Positions 35,145 through 44,148 of a DNA stretch of 64,000 bases are shown in pieces. The notes beneath the pieces are model-generated. The model saw nothing but the letters and a program-made list of their open reading frames with translations. It was not told the origin of the DNA and did no database searches. Position 1 is the first letter of the stretch; each line of letters begins with the position of its first letter. A program made the translations under genes and the position numbers. This stretch comes from Clostridia bacterium (GTDB taxonomy: Bacteria; Bacillota; Clostridia; Oscillospirales; CAG-382): positions 8,928 through 72,927 of the forward strand of contig JAFTTN010000029.1 in assembly GCA_017466805.1 (NCBI GenBank), given 5' to 3'.

Positions 35145-38100
35145 ATGAAAAGCTTTAAAAAAGTGTTATCGTTGCTGTTAACTGCAATGCTGTTGTTCGG
35201 CGTTTTGCCGATGGGCAGTGTAATGGCTGACGATACTTCCGCAGTCCTTACCTATGCAAACGGTTGGGACTGGAGCGATAGCCTTTGCTATCAAAACCAT
35301 ATCTTCGTGTATGCATCAAGCTCATCGAGCGCAACCCCCGCAACCATTCACGGTCAGGGCGTTGGCTTTTTACAGTGGCAAAACGGTATCGTTTTTGAAT
35401 ACAACGAAGAAAACGGCACCTGGAAGGTTGTCGTAGCCGACTTTGAAGCAGACGGCGTAAACGAAGCCGAATCGGCAAAGCTCGGCAGCAACAGATTTGC
35501 GGTTATTTTCCACGACGAAGCAGTCGTAGGACAAAAGGATAGCTACAATTATCTTATAAACAATGCGGTATTGGATGCCGAATTCGTTTTGAACGGCAGT
35601 ATTTCGGGCCTTCAGTCCGCATCCGGTAAAATTTCCGGTTATTCGCTTACCTTGGCTGTGACCGAGGAAGAAGAAACCCCCGCAATTCCCGAGCCCGAAA
35701 CTATAACCGTTTCGGGTAAGCTTACCTATGCAAACGGCTGGAATTGGAGTGATAGCCTTTGCTATCAGAAGCAGATATTCGTATACGCTTCGACCTCGTC
35801 GTCTGCAACCCCCGCAACGATTCACGGTCAGGGCGTAGGCTTTTTGCAGTGGCAAAACGGTATCGTTCTTGAATACAACGAGACGAACGACACCTGGAAG
35901 GTTATCGTTTCCGACTTCGAGGCGGACGGCGTAAACGAAGCCGAATCGGCAAAGCTCGGCAACAACAGATTTGCGGTTATCTTCCATAACGAAGCGGTAG
36001 TGGGACAGGAAGAAAGCTTTAATTTCTTCGCTAACTACGCAAAGTTAGATACCGAGCTCGTTCTTAATTGCGATATTTCCGACCTTCAGTCTGCATCGGG
36101 CGCAATTTCCGGAGTAACCCTTTCCTATACCTACGTAGTAGAGCCCGAGGTATCCGAGCCCGAGGTATCCGAACCCGAGGTATCCGAGCCCGAAGTGTCC
36201 GAGCCCGAGGTGCCCGAGCCCGAAGTGTCCGAGCCCGAAGTGTCCGAGCCCGAAGTGTCCGAGCCCGAAGTATCCGAGCCCGAAACTTCCGAGCCCGAAA
36301 CTTCTGAACCCGAACCCGAGCCCGAACCCGAACCCGAGCCCGAACCCGAACCCGAGCCCGAACCCGAGCCCGAACCCGAGCCCGAGCCCGAACCCGAGCC
36401 CGAACCCGAAGTTGAAACCGTGACCGTTTACGGCAACCTTACCTATGCGAACGGCTGGAATTGGAGTGATAGCCTTTGCTATCAGAAGCAGATATTCGTA
36501 TACGCTTCGACCTCGTCTTCCGCAACCCCCGCAACGATTCACGGTCAGGGCGTAGGCTTTTTGCAGTGGCAGAACGGTATCGTTTTCGAATACAACGAAG
36601 AAAACGGCACCTGGAAGGTTATAGTTGCCGATTTTGAAGCAGACGGCGTAAACGAAGCCGAATCGACAAAGCTCGGCAGCAACAGATTTGCAGTAATATT
36701 CCACGATGAAGCGGTAGTAGGTCAGGAAGAAAGCTTTAATTTCTTTAAGACCTATGCGGCAGTAGACGCCGAATTCGCTCTTAACTGCGGTGTTTCTACA
36801 CTTCAATCCGCTTCCGGCGCTATATCCGACGTAACGCTTTCCTATACCTACGTTGTGGAAAAGACTCCCTCCGAGCCCGAGCAGGAGCCCGAAGAGGAAC
36901 CGGTTACCCCCTCCGAGCCCGAGCAGGATATACCCACCACATCTACCGAATACAGCGTTCTTACCTTTGTAAACGGCTATGCTTGGAGCGACAGCAAGCC
37001 TTTGGAAAACAATATTTTCCTTTATGCTTCCACCAATGCTTCGGCAACCGTTGCAAGCATAAACGGTCAAACCTTCCTCGGAAGCCTTAACGGTATTATT
37101 CTTGAATATAACGAGTCAAAGGGCACCTGGACGGTCGTATTGACCGACTACGAAATAGACGACGTAAACCTTGCCGAATCCGCAACGCTCGGCAGTAACA
37201 GAATCGCCGTTATCTTCCATAACGATGCGGCGGTCGGCTTGGCAGACAGCTATAGCTTCCTTATGAACAACGCGACTGTCGGCGCCGAATTCGTTCTCAC
37301 CGGCGAAATCACTGCACTTCAGTCGGTATCCGGTAAGATAAAGAACGTATATCTCTCGCTCGGTAAGCTAAGCTTCCCCGAAGAAGAAAAAACGCCGGTA
37401 GATACCACCGTCGGCACTATCCAATCGACAATCGGCTTGTATACCTCCCAAAGCTATCCCTCTGCATCCTCGGGTGATACCGACGGCTTGAGCGCAGTAT
37501 TGTACGCACCGCAGAACAGCACCGTGGGTATTTCCACCTATATCAATCTTGCGGCTATTAATACCTCGCTTTATACCAGCAGCGATGCACTTGCAAAGCA
37601 AAATATCGGATGCGGTATTGCAAGCGATAAGAATATCGATAACGCATACCTCTACCTCTGCCTGAACTCGACCAACTGGAGCGGCGACTTCGGCTTGATC
37701 AAGCGCTTGGGCGACGAGGATTGGGAAATCGTTACCTCCGAATACAAAAACAGCGCTTGGCGCTGGAACGCGTATGCATATTCGAGCGACGTTACCGTAA
37801 CCTATAACCCCGATTATGTCTATACAAAGTGGAACGTAATGGACGGCTTGAACGTTTATTACATCAAAAACAGCTATAGCGTTAAGGATTTGCAGTTGAA
37901 CCTCGTTTATAACAACGGCACCCTTACCTATTCGCTCTGCATCGGCGGTGTTACCATCTTCTCGGTATCCGATACCGGCAGCATCAGCAACGGCAAATAC
38001 GGCAGAGCCGCTTCGATCACCAACTCGAGCACTACCTCTTACGGCTCCTCCAACTATTTGTATCAGCTTTCCGGAACGCTCAACGGACGCACTCCCGCGG

Positions 38101-38315
38101 CTCTTACCAACGTTCAGTTCTACGATTCCTACTATTACACCACGAGCGGCTACGATAAGCTCACGTTAAGCACCGGCAGCTTGTGGCTCTATCCTTGTGC
38201 ATCTTCGTCGGCGGGCTATTTGGTTAATACCGAAGGCGACCCGATAGTAACCTGCGAGGAGGTCACGTTGACCAGCGGCGTAGTAATGGATATTATCGAT
38301 ATTCAAAACTATTAA
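35145..38315 (+). CDS. Large secreted repeat protein (1057 aa), function unknown
   Basis: TAGGAGA RBS plus the ATG at 35145. Signal peptide [28 protein letters not shown]. Four copies of a roughly 140-aa module ([14 protein letters not shown]...[19 protein letters not shown]). EPEVS/EP linker. Roughly 330-aa unique C-terminal domain. Confidence 0.8.
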   Translation: MKSFKKVLSLLLTAMLLFGVLPMGSVMADDTSAVLTYANGWDWSDSLCYQNHIFVYASSSSSATPATIHGQGVGFLQWQNGIVFEYNEENGTWKVVVADFEADGVNEAESAKLGSNRFAVIFHDEAVVGQKDSYNYLINNAVLDAEFVLNGSISGLQSASGKISGYSLTLAVTEEEETPAIPEPETITVSGKLTYANGWNWSDSLCYQKQIFVYASTSSSATPATIHGQGVGFLQWQNGIVLEYNETNDTWKVIVSDFEADGVNEAESAKLGNNRFAVIFHNEAVVGQEESFNFFANYAKLDTELVLNCDISDLQSASGAISGVTLSYTYVVEPEVSEPEVSEPEVSEPEVSEPEVPEPEVSEPEVSEPEVSEPEVSEPETSEPETSEPEPEPEPEPEPEPEPEPEPEPEPEPEPEPEPEPEVETVTVYGNLTYANGWNWSDSLCYQKQIFVYASTSSSATPATIHGQGVGFLQWQNGIVFEYNEENGTWKVIVADFEADGVNEAESTKLGSNRFAVIFHDEAVVGQEESFNFFKTYAAVDAEFALNCGVSTLQSASGAISDVTLSYTYVVEKTPSEPEQEPEEEPVTPSEPEQDIPTTSTEYSVLTFVNGYAWSDSKPLENNIFLYASTNASATVASINGQTFLGSLNGIILEYNESKGTWTVVLTDYEIDDVNLAESATLGSNRIAVIFHNDAAVGLADSYSFLMNNATVGAEFVLTGEITALQSVSGKIKNVYLSLGKLSFPEEEKTPVDTTVGTIQSTIGLYTSQSYPSASSGDTDGLSAVLYAPQNSTVGISTYINLAAINTSLYTSSDALAKQNIGCGIASDKNIDNAYLYLCLNSTNWSGDFGLIKRLGDEDWEIVTSEYKNSAWRWNAYAYSSDVTVTYNPDYVYTKWNVMDGLNVYYIKNSYSVKDLQLNLVYNNGTLTYSLCIGGVTIFSVSDTGSISNGKYGRAASITNSSTTSYGSSNYLYQLSGTLNGRTPAALTNVQFYDSYYYTTSGYDKLTLSTGSLWLYPCASSSAGYLVNTEGDPIVTCEEVTLTSGVVMDIIDIQNY
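35247..36850 (+). repeat. Three near-identical roughly 410-bp coding modules (starts 35247, 35721 and 36438), plus a divergent fourth near 36960-37370
   Basis: Long identical runs between modules 2 and 3, for example CTGGAATTGGAGTGATAGCCTTTGCTATCAGAAGCAGATATTCGTATACGCTTCGACCTCGTC. Confidence 0.85.
36141..36410 (+). repeat. In-frame microsatellite-like tract: 15-bp (EPEVS) units, then 6-bp (EP) units
   Basis: GAGCCCGAGGTATCC-type units about 10 times, then GAACCCGAGCCC about 19 dipeptide repeats. Confidence 0.9.
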
Positions 38316-38325
38316 AACAATCAAA

Positions 38326-38356
38326 ACGACTCGAAGAGATTCGAGTCGTTTTTTTG
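38326..38356 (+). terminator. Intrinsic terminator after the repeat-protein gene
   Basis: Stem ACGACTCGAA/TTCGAGTCGT, loop GAGA, T-run. Confidence 0.8.
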
Positions 38357-38444
38357 CAAAAAAACAAAAAAGAAAGAAAAACATACGCAAAGTCCTTTTA
38401 ATCGGACATCAGCTATGCTATAATACAGGAAAGGAGCGAAAAAT

Positions 38445-39344
38445 ATGTATTTAGATAGCTTTGTGTTGCCGATAGATAAAGAAGAACTGCTGTTACAAAG
38501 ACGCGCCGAGAAAAACGGCGGACATTTGGGATATATCGATAATTCCTATCCCTGCGGACTTTTTGCAAATAAAGAGCTGTACGAGATAGGCTTTAAACGG
38601 ATAACGATCTTTTATGGCGGGAACGGCTCGGGAAAAAGCACGCTTTTGAATCTGATTGCCGAAAAGCTCGAGCTCAACCGCATATCTCCGTTCAATTCAA
38701 GCGAAATGTTTGCGTCTTATGCCGAAAGCTGTGAATATACGCTCGGCTATGACGACGAAGGCTTTCGACACCGCATACCGAACGGAAGCAGAATTATTAC
38801 AAGCGACGATATTTTCGATTATATGCTTACGGTGCGCACAAACAACGCTGAAATAAGCGAGGGCAAGGAAGCTGCAAAGGCCGAATGGGCAGAGCTGAAA
38901 TACGGCGACACCGTTAAATTCGAGGGGATACAGGATCACGAGGCATTAAGGCTTCAGATTCTCGCACGGAAAAAAACCGTTTCTCGCAGGCAGTTTATAC
39001 GCAAAACCGTGGGCAGCGAAGCAAAGCTGAACAGTAATGGCGAAACCGCACTTCAGTATTTCGGGCAAAAGCTAAAGAACGATACGCTTTATTGCCTTGA
39101 TGAGCCTGAAAACAGTATGTCGCCGAAAATGCAGCTGGAGCTTGTGAAGATGCTCGAGGAAATGGCACGCTATTGCGGCTGTCAGTTTATTATTGCAACC
39201 CATTCACCATTTCTTTTGGCGCTCGACGGCGCAAGGATATACGACCTTGATTCCCGCCCGGCAGAAATAAAAGAATGGTGGGAGCTCGAAAACACCAAGC
39301 TATATTTCGAATTTTTCGAAAAGCACCGCCGACTTTTCAAATAA
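38445..39344 (+). CDS. Stand-alone AAA/ABC-like ATPase (299 aa)
   Basis: Walker A GGNGSGKST, Walker B LYCLDEPENSMSP, H-loop IIATHSP. No adjacent partner gene on the same strand. Confidence 0.75.
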   Translation: MYLDSFVLPIDKEELLLQRRAEKNGGHLGYIDNSYPCGLFANKELYEIGFKRITIFYGGNGSGKSTLLNLIAEKLELNRISPFNSSEMFASYAESCEYTLGYDDEGFRHRIPNGSRIITSDDIFDYMLTVRTNNAEISEGKEAAKAEWAELKYGDTVKFEGIQDHEALRLQILARKKTVSRRQFIRKTVGSEAKLNSNGETALQYFGQKLKNDTLYCLDEPENSMSPKMQLELVKMLEEMARYCGCQFIIATHSPFLLALDGARIYDLDSRPAEIKEWWELENTKLYFEFFEKHRRLFK

Positions 39345-39377
39345 ACAATTCAACATACCACGAAAAAAGGAGTTCAC

Positions 39378-39413
39378 GCTTTGGGCATTTTATCACTATG
39401 GTGCATCGCCCTT
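39378..39413. repeat. Short palindromic element nested in a terminator (copy 3 of 3)
   Basis: GCTTTGGGCATTTTATCACTATGGTGCATCGCCCTT inside a perfect outer stem GGAGTTCAC/GTGAACTCC with A- and T-runs. Confidence 0.7.
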
Positions 39414-39429
39414 GTGAACTCCTTTTTAT

Positions 39430-39855
39430 CTATCGGCACAGAAAAAACGCAATAACCGGACCTAAAAATATTGCTATATAAATCAGACTTATCCACGGCT
39501 GGTAATCAACGTAAAACTCCTTGAAGGTCAGGCTCCAAGGGTGCTTGATAAGTACCCAGCCGAACACATCGAACACAATACAGATCCCCGCCCAAAGCAA
39601 ACCCGTAACGATCGCTTCTTTTAAAGTGGGGGCAGGCAAGCCGTTCATATACAGATAGCCGAAAAGCGTGAATAAAACGATATTATACAGCGGGTGCCAG
39701 GGCTTTGTCTTTTCGTAGCCCTCGCCCATACCTTCGCTGTCCATAGGCTTCATTTTTAAAACGTATATATTAAAAACCGTGTGTAGAATGCCCACAAGAG
39801 TTACTGCTATATAGCATATCCAAAACCACAGCATCGACGTTCCGATATTTTCCAT
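39430..39855 (-). CDS. Small integral membrane protein (141 aa), hypothetical
   Basis: GGAGG RBS before the ATG at 39855. Four predicted hydrophobic helices. Confidence 0.6.
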   Translation of the reverse strand: MENIGTSMLWFWICYIAVTLVGILHTVFNIYVLKMKPMDSEGMGEGYEKTKPWHPLYNIVLFTLFGYLYMNGLPAPTLKEAIVTGLLWAGICIVFDVFGWVLIKHPWSLTFKEFYVDYQPWISLIYIAIFLGPVIAFFLCR

Positions 39856-39932
39856 TTTTGCCTCCGTGTACTTTTTGGATATTATAGCACGCAATCCCTG
39901 TTTTTTCAACACCTTTGCCTTTAGGCTTTTTA

Positions 39933-39961
39933 TTGAAATTTCGTATAATATATGATATAAT
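39933..39961 (+). promoter_or_regulatory. SigA-type promoter upstream of the yhhQ-like gene
   Basis: TTGAAA (39933-39938), 17-nt spacer, TATAAT (39956-39961). Confidence 0.5.
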
Positions 39962-39993
39962 ATCAAAAATCAAAGAAAATTCGGTTGTTGGTT

Positions 39994-40737
39994 ATGATAA
40001 AAAATTGGCTTAAAAAGGAAATAAAGCAAAGCTCGATATTGCTTCGAAGCATTCCCGCAACGGTAATGACGCTGTTCGTGGTAAGCGTGGTATGTATGAA
40101 CCTGCTTGCAAACAAAACCCTGCTTCAGCTCGAATGGATAGCTATCGACGGCGGAATACTTATATCCTGGCTTTCTTTTATGTGTATGGATATAGTAACC
40201 AAGCATTTCGGGCCGGGCGCATCGAACAGAATATCGGTGCTTGCCGCAATAATCAATCTGCTTACCTGCTTAATATTTTTCGTCGCAAGCATAATACCCT
40301 CGAACGCGGGCGATTACAGCGTGTTCGACGGCATTTTCGGAGGAACCTGGTTTATTCTGCTCGGCAGTACGGTGGCGTTCCTTTCGTCCGCGGTTATAAA
40401 TAATATGCTTAATTTCGTTATAGGCAAGGCGTTTAAAAAGAATCCCGACGGAAAAGCGGCGTACGCTATGCGCACCTACGTTTCTACCTTTATCGGTCAG
40501 TTTTTTGATAACTTTATCTTTTCGGTAATCGTTTTCGTGGGCTTTGCGCCGATATTTTGGGACGGCTTTCATTGGACTTTGCTTCAGTGCGCAATGTGCG
40601 CGCTTACCGGAGCAATCGCCGAGCTGATAATGGAAATAGTGTTTTCGCCGATCGGCTACCGAATAGTAACCTATTGGAAGGGTAATTCGGTCGGCAGCGA
40701 ATATCTTGATTATATCGAAAGCGAGAATAAAAAATGA
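39994..40737 (+). CDS. yhhQ: Queuosine-precursor transporter (YhhQ/VUT family)
   Basis: Polytopic. N-terminal and overall pattern is typical of DUF165/YhhQ (IPATVMTLFVVSVVCMNLLANK...ISWLSFMCMDIVTK). The start could be TTG at 39985. Confidence 0.7.
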   Translation: MIKNWLKKEIKQSSILLRSIPATVMTLFVVSVVCMNLLANKTLLQLEWIAIDGGILISWLSFMCMDIVTKHFGPGASNRISVLAAIINLLTCLIFFVASIIPSNAGDYSVFDGIFGGTWFILLGSTVAFLSSAVINNMLNFVIGKAFKKNPDGKAAYAMRTYVSTFIGQFFDNFIFSVIVFVGFAPIFWDGFHWTLLQCAMCALTGAIAELIMEIVFSPIGYRIVTYWKGNSVGSEYLDYIESENKK

Positions 40738-41384
40738 GAATTTTGGTAACCGGCTCGTCGCAGGGGATAGGTAAAGCGATCGCAATGCTGTTTTTGCAAA
40801 AGGGGCATACCGTTTTCGGCATAGACAGGCAAAAACCGTCTATCGCTCACCCCGAATACATTCACTGCGAGCTGGATATAAGAGATTATTCCAATCTGCC
40901 CGATATTTCGGATATCGATATACTTATCAATAATGCAGGCACGCAAAACGAAGCCGATATTGACATAAACCTAAAAGCGCTTATATATATCACCGAAAAA
41001 TACGGCGTGCGCGAGGGTATTAAATCGATATTGAATATCGGCTCGGCAAGCGCGCACACCGGTTCGGAATTTCCCGAATACTGCGCAAGCAAGGGCGGCG
41101 TGGTTGCTTATACGAAAAATACCGCACTTCGCGTTGCCGCATACGGCGCAACCTGCAACAGCCTCGATCCCGGCGGAGTTCTTACACCGCTTAACGAATG
41201 CGTTATAAACGATAAAACGCTGTGGGAGCAAATAATGAACGAAACTCCGCTTAAACGGTGGGCAACACCCGAGGAAATTGCCGAATGGGCGTACTTTTTA
41301 ACCGTAAAAAACGGCTTTTGTACCGGACAAAGTATTGTTGTCGACGGCGGCGAATCGATAAAGCATAATTTTATTTGGAAATAG
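40734..41384 (+). CDS. Short-chain dehydrogenase/reductase (SDR)
   Basis: TGSSQGIGKAIA cofactor motif and YCASKGG catalytic motif. Confidence 0.85.
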   Translation: MRILVTGSSQGIGKAIAMLFLQKGHTVFGIDRQKPSIAHPEYIHCELDIRDYSNLPDISDIDILINNAGTQNEADIDINLKALIYITEKYGVREGIKSILNIGSASAHTGSEFPEYCASKGGVVAYTKNTALRVAAYGATCNSLDPGGVLTPLNECVINDKTLWEQIMNETPLKRWATPEEIAEWAYFLTVKNGFCTGQSIVVDGGESIKHNFIWK

Positions 41385-41393
41385 GAGAGGGCT

Positions 41394-42161
41394 ATGTACG
41401 ATTTTTTGCATTGGCTGCTTTCGGATAAAAAGGACGGAGTGCTTTTTACCTGCTTCGGCGTGTGGCATTGGTGCTATATAATCGCCGCGTTGCTTTTGGG
41501 TTTTTTTGCATTGCGCTATCTTAAAAACAAAAACGAAGCCTGCCGCCAAAAAACGATAACCTTTTTTATCGACCTCGTTTTCTGCTTTTATATTTCCGAT
41601 TATTTTTTAAGACCGCTTGCTTTTGGCGAAATAGATATCGAAAATCTGCCGTTCCATTTGTGCACCTCAACCTGCGTTGCCTGCTTTATTAGCAGACACA
41701 ACAAAAGGCTTTACGAATACCGCGCTCATTTCGCTTTGCTCGGCTTTGTTTCGAATTTCGTGTATCTTATCTATCCTGCGGGAATAATGTGGTATCGGGT
41801 GCATCCGTTTTGCTACCGCGCATTAAGCACGCTCGTTTTTCATAGCATTATGGCGGTCTACGGCTTGCTCGTGCTTGCCTACGAAAATAACGGCTTTACA
41901 AAAAAGCTTGTCCGCCGAGATTTTTTCACAACGCTTTGCGCAATACTTTGGGCGTTGCTCGGCAGCTATTGCTTCAACGGGATAAACGGCAACTATAATT
42001 ACCGCTATAATTGGTTTTTCGTCGTGCGCGATCCCTTCTATATTCTTCCGCTCGAAATTTCGCGCTTCGTTATGCCCGTGCTTAACCTTGTCTTGTTCTT
42101 CTCGGTACAGCTTTTGGTTCGCTTCATTGCGTTCAAGCTAAAAAATAAAATTGCTAAATAA
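41394..42161 (+). CDS. Integral membrane protein (TIGR02206/YwaF-like)
   Basis: Seven or more hydrophobic helices and the LPFHLC motif. The family name is from recollection. Confidence 0.55.
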   Translation: MYDFLHWLLSDKKDGVLFTCFGVWHWCYIIAALLLGFFALRYLKNKNEACRQKTITFFIDLVFCFYISDYFLRPLAFGEIDIENLPFHLCTSTCVACFISRHNKRLYEYRAHFALLGFVSNFVYLIYPAGIMWYRVHPFCYRALSTLVFHSIMAVYGLLVLAYENNGFTKKLVRRDFFTTLCAILWALLGSYCFNGINGNYNYRYNWFFVVRDPFYILPLEISRFVMPVLNLVLFFSVQLLVRFIAFKLKNKIAK

Positions 42162-42196
42162 CAAAAAAGCACTTACTGCGGCGTATTGCCTATCAT

Positions 42197-42231
42197 AAAA
42201 AGTACCGCGCGCCAAAACGGCGCGCGGTACT
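42197..42231 (-). terminator. Intrinsic terminator after the M20 peptidase gene
   Basis: 13-bp GC-rich stem AGTACCGCGCGCC/GGCGCGCGGTACT, with a T-run on the minus strand. Confidence 0.8.
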
Positions 42232-42247
42232 GCTTTGTATAGTCGTT

Positions 42248-43390
42248 TTATTCAAGCTCTAATATTGCCGCGGTTAAAAGCTTTGCTCGGGAATTAAGCG
42301 AGGAAATATTCGCGTATTCCTGCGTTGTGTGGCAAAAATCTCCCGTTGCACCCACAGCGCAAATGCTTGGTACTCCCGCAAGCTGTGTATACGCCGAATC
42401 GCTTCCGCCACCGCTTTCAACAGCCGTCAGCTTGCCAAATCCGTATTTTTGCGAAACGGTGTTGAGGTGGTCAAAAAGTCTTTCGGTGTCTGCGTTTCTT
42501 ATCATCGGCAGGCGCTTGCTTATAAAGCAAAGCTCGGTTTCGGTACCGTCGACAAAGCACTTTGCCGCAATTTCCTTTAGCTTTTCCTCCGCCTGCTTCA
42601 TAGCAATATTATCGCGCATTCTAACGTCAACCGTGAATTCACAGCTATCGGGAACAATATTTGCAAGCCTGCCGCCCTTTATAATTCCGCAGTTATAGGT
42701 AGTGCCGTTTTGCTCGCTTAATTTCTCCAAGGCGATTATTTTGTGCGCCGCTTCCTTTATTGCGCTTGCACCGTTGAAATAGTCGATACCCGAATGCGCC
42801 GAAATGCCGCGTATATCAAAGCGGTAACGCAAAATACCCTTGCGCGAAACGACAACCTCGCCCTCGCGCGCGACCTCGCAGTTAAACGCCGCCTTAAATC
42901 CGCAGGTTGCCGCTTTTATAACCTCCATTTCCCGATCTCCGCCCAAACGGTTGCTTATCTCCTCGTCGGTGGTCAACAGCAAACGGCAGTTCCTTTCGTA
43001 CCCCGCTTTAATCAGCGCGGTCATTGCAAGCAGTGATATCGCAATACCGCCCTTGCAATCTATTACGCCCGGGCCGATAAGCCTTTCGCCCTCGATTCTT
43101 GTCGGCGGATAGCCGAAAGCGCCGCTTTGGTGTACCGTGTCGGTGTGCGCAAGAAAGCAAACCCCGTTTTCCGCCGTGTGCTTCGTATCGATAATTAGAA
43201 AATCACCGCAGCGTTCAAAGCAAACGCGCTCGGAAAAAATGCCTATTTCGTCGGCAAAGCTTTGTATTTTGTCGGTTATCGCGTCCATAGCGGGCTTGTT
43301 TTCGGCGGTGCCCTCCATATTGCAGATATCCTGCCAGAATTCAAAAAATCTTTCTTGGTTGTTGTCTATATATTCAAAAACCGTTTTCAT
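42248..43390 (-). CDS. M20-family metallopeptidase (ArgE/DapE/CPG2-like)
   Basis: 380 aa. FLAHTDTVH, GPGVIDCKGG and TDEEIS metal-ligand motifs. Confidence 0.8.
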   Translation of the reverse strand: MKTVFEYIDNNQERFFEFWQDICNMEGTAENKPAMDAITDKIQSFADEIGIFSERVCFERCGDFLIIDTKHTAENGVCFLAHTDTVHQSGAFGYPPTRIEGERLIGPGVIDCKGGIAISLLAMTALIKAGYERNCRLLLTTDEEISNRLGGDREMEVIKAATCGFKAAFNCEVAREGEVVVSRKGILRYRFDIRGISAHSGIDYFNGASAIKEAAHKIIALEKLSEQNGTTYNCGIIKGGRLANIVPDSCEFTVDVRMRDNIAMKQAEEKLKEIAAKCFVDGTETELCFISKRLPMIRNADTERLFDHLNTVSQKYGFGKLTAVESGGGSDSAYTQLAGVPSICAVGATGDFCHTTQEYANISSLNSRAKLLTAAILELE

Positions 43391-43400
43391 AATTGCCTCT

Positions 43401-43436
43401 TAAACCAAAAGGAATCGGGGTTAACCGATTCCTTTG
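43401..43436 (-). terminator. Intrinsic terminator/attenuator immediately upstream of the M20 gene
   Basis: Minus strand: AAAGGAATCGG-TTAACC-CCGATTCCTTT followed by TGGTTT, ending about 10 nt before the RBS. Confidence 0.65.
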
Positions 43437-43682
43437 ATACCGTTTAGCCCCCGCGCGAGCCGTGCCCCCGTGAGAATGAAACCCTGCTTTGTGCAGGTGG
43501 GTGTCCTCTCCGATGCTTTAGTGCTTCCAACGTCCGTATACAATCGCATAAAAGGGAAGGTATACGGGAGGCCTGCTTCACCACAGCGGAATATGAACTC
43601 CCTTTCTTTCTTGTGGGTTTTTACACAGAGAACAGGATAGCATTAAGCTATCGCTATGCACGGACTCCGCAGGAAGAAAGTA
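43437..43682 (-). promoter_or_regulatory. Structured 5' leader RNA of unresolved class (candidate riboswitch or attenuator)
   Basis: No ORF. Hairpins GATAGC/GCTATC, CCGTATAC/GTATACGG (8 bp) and CCTGC/GCAGG. Long-range CCGTGC...GCACGG closing helix. Alternative partners for AAAGGGAG. Confidence 0.4.
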
Positions 43683-43976
43683 TTATTCTTCTTCAACAGT
43701 TCCGTCGAGATCGATTTCGCTGAAAAATGTATCCTCGAACGCGTCAGCAACGCGGTCGAATTCATCGTCGTCATCGATAGTAACGAGCAGCTCGTCGCCG
43801 TTTTCGTCAACCTCGACCTTAAGAATAACGTATTCGTCCTCGTCACCTTCGAGCGGGATCAGCGCGAGATAGGTGTTGTCGTCAAGCGTAAGCTCGCCGA
43901 AAAGCTCAAATTGGCTTTCGTTGCCTTCCTCGTCCGTTAGGGTGAAGATGTTTTCGTTTTCCATATTATCTGCCAT
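43683..43976 (-). CDS. DUF1292-family acidic protein
   Basis: 97 aa. FTLTDEEGNE..FE......D..Y.AL.P pattern typical of the Firmicutes DUF1292 family. Confidence 0.8.
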   Translation of the reverse strand: MADNMENENIFTLTDEEGNESQFELFGELTLDDNTYLALIPLEGDEDEYVILKVEVDENGDELLVTIDDDDEFDRVADAFEDTFFSEIDLDGTVEEE

Positions 43977-44148
43977 AATTTACCTCCGTAGGATAATATT
44001 TATCACAGCTATATTTTACAACCATACGCCCCGAAAGTCAATAGTATTTCAAAACTTTACGTTTCATTCGTTCGACACGATTCGTAATTGACTTATCAAG
44101 GGTTTTGTTATATAATAGCTTTATTAAAGTAAAAAAGCGAGGCTGCAT

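Noticed and set aside
36141-36410. Possible CRISPR-like periodic repeat array.
   Set aside because: The period is 15 bp and then 6 bp with no spacers. The tract is strictly in frame inside a CDS, encodes EPEVS/EP linker repeats, and has no cas genes nearby.
39856-39993. preQ1 riboswitch upstream of the yhhQ-like queuosine-precursor transporter.
   Set aside because: Only about 30 nt lie between the predicted -10 box and the start codon. I see no preQ1-I hairpin plus A-rich tail (…CCC…TAAAAAACTA…) or preQ1-II features.
43391-43682. Assignment of the structured leader to SRP RNA, cobalamin riboswitch, lysine riboswitch, M-box or c-di-AMP riboswitch.
   Set aside because: There are partial word matches: GAAGCAG versus SRP helix 8, a B12-box-like CGGGAGGCCTGC on the wrong strand, GGAGAGG versus the L-box 3' end, and GCACTAAAGC versus the M-box. 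None occurs with the required neighbouring conserved elements or on a consistent strand. The class is therefore left open rather than named.
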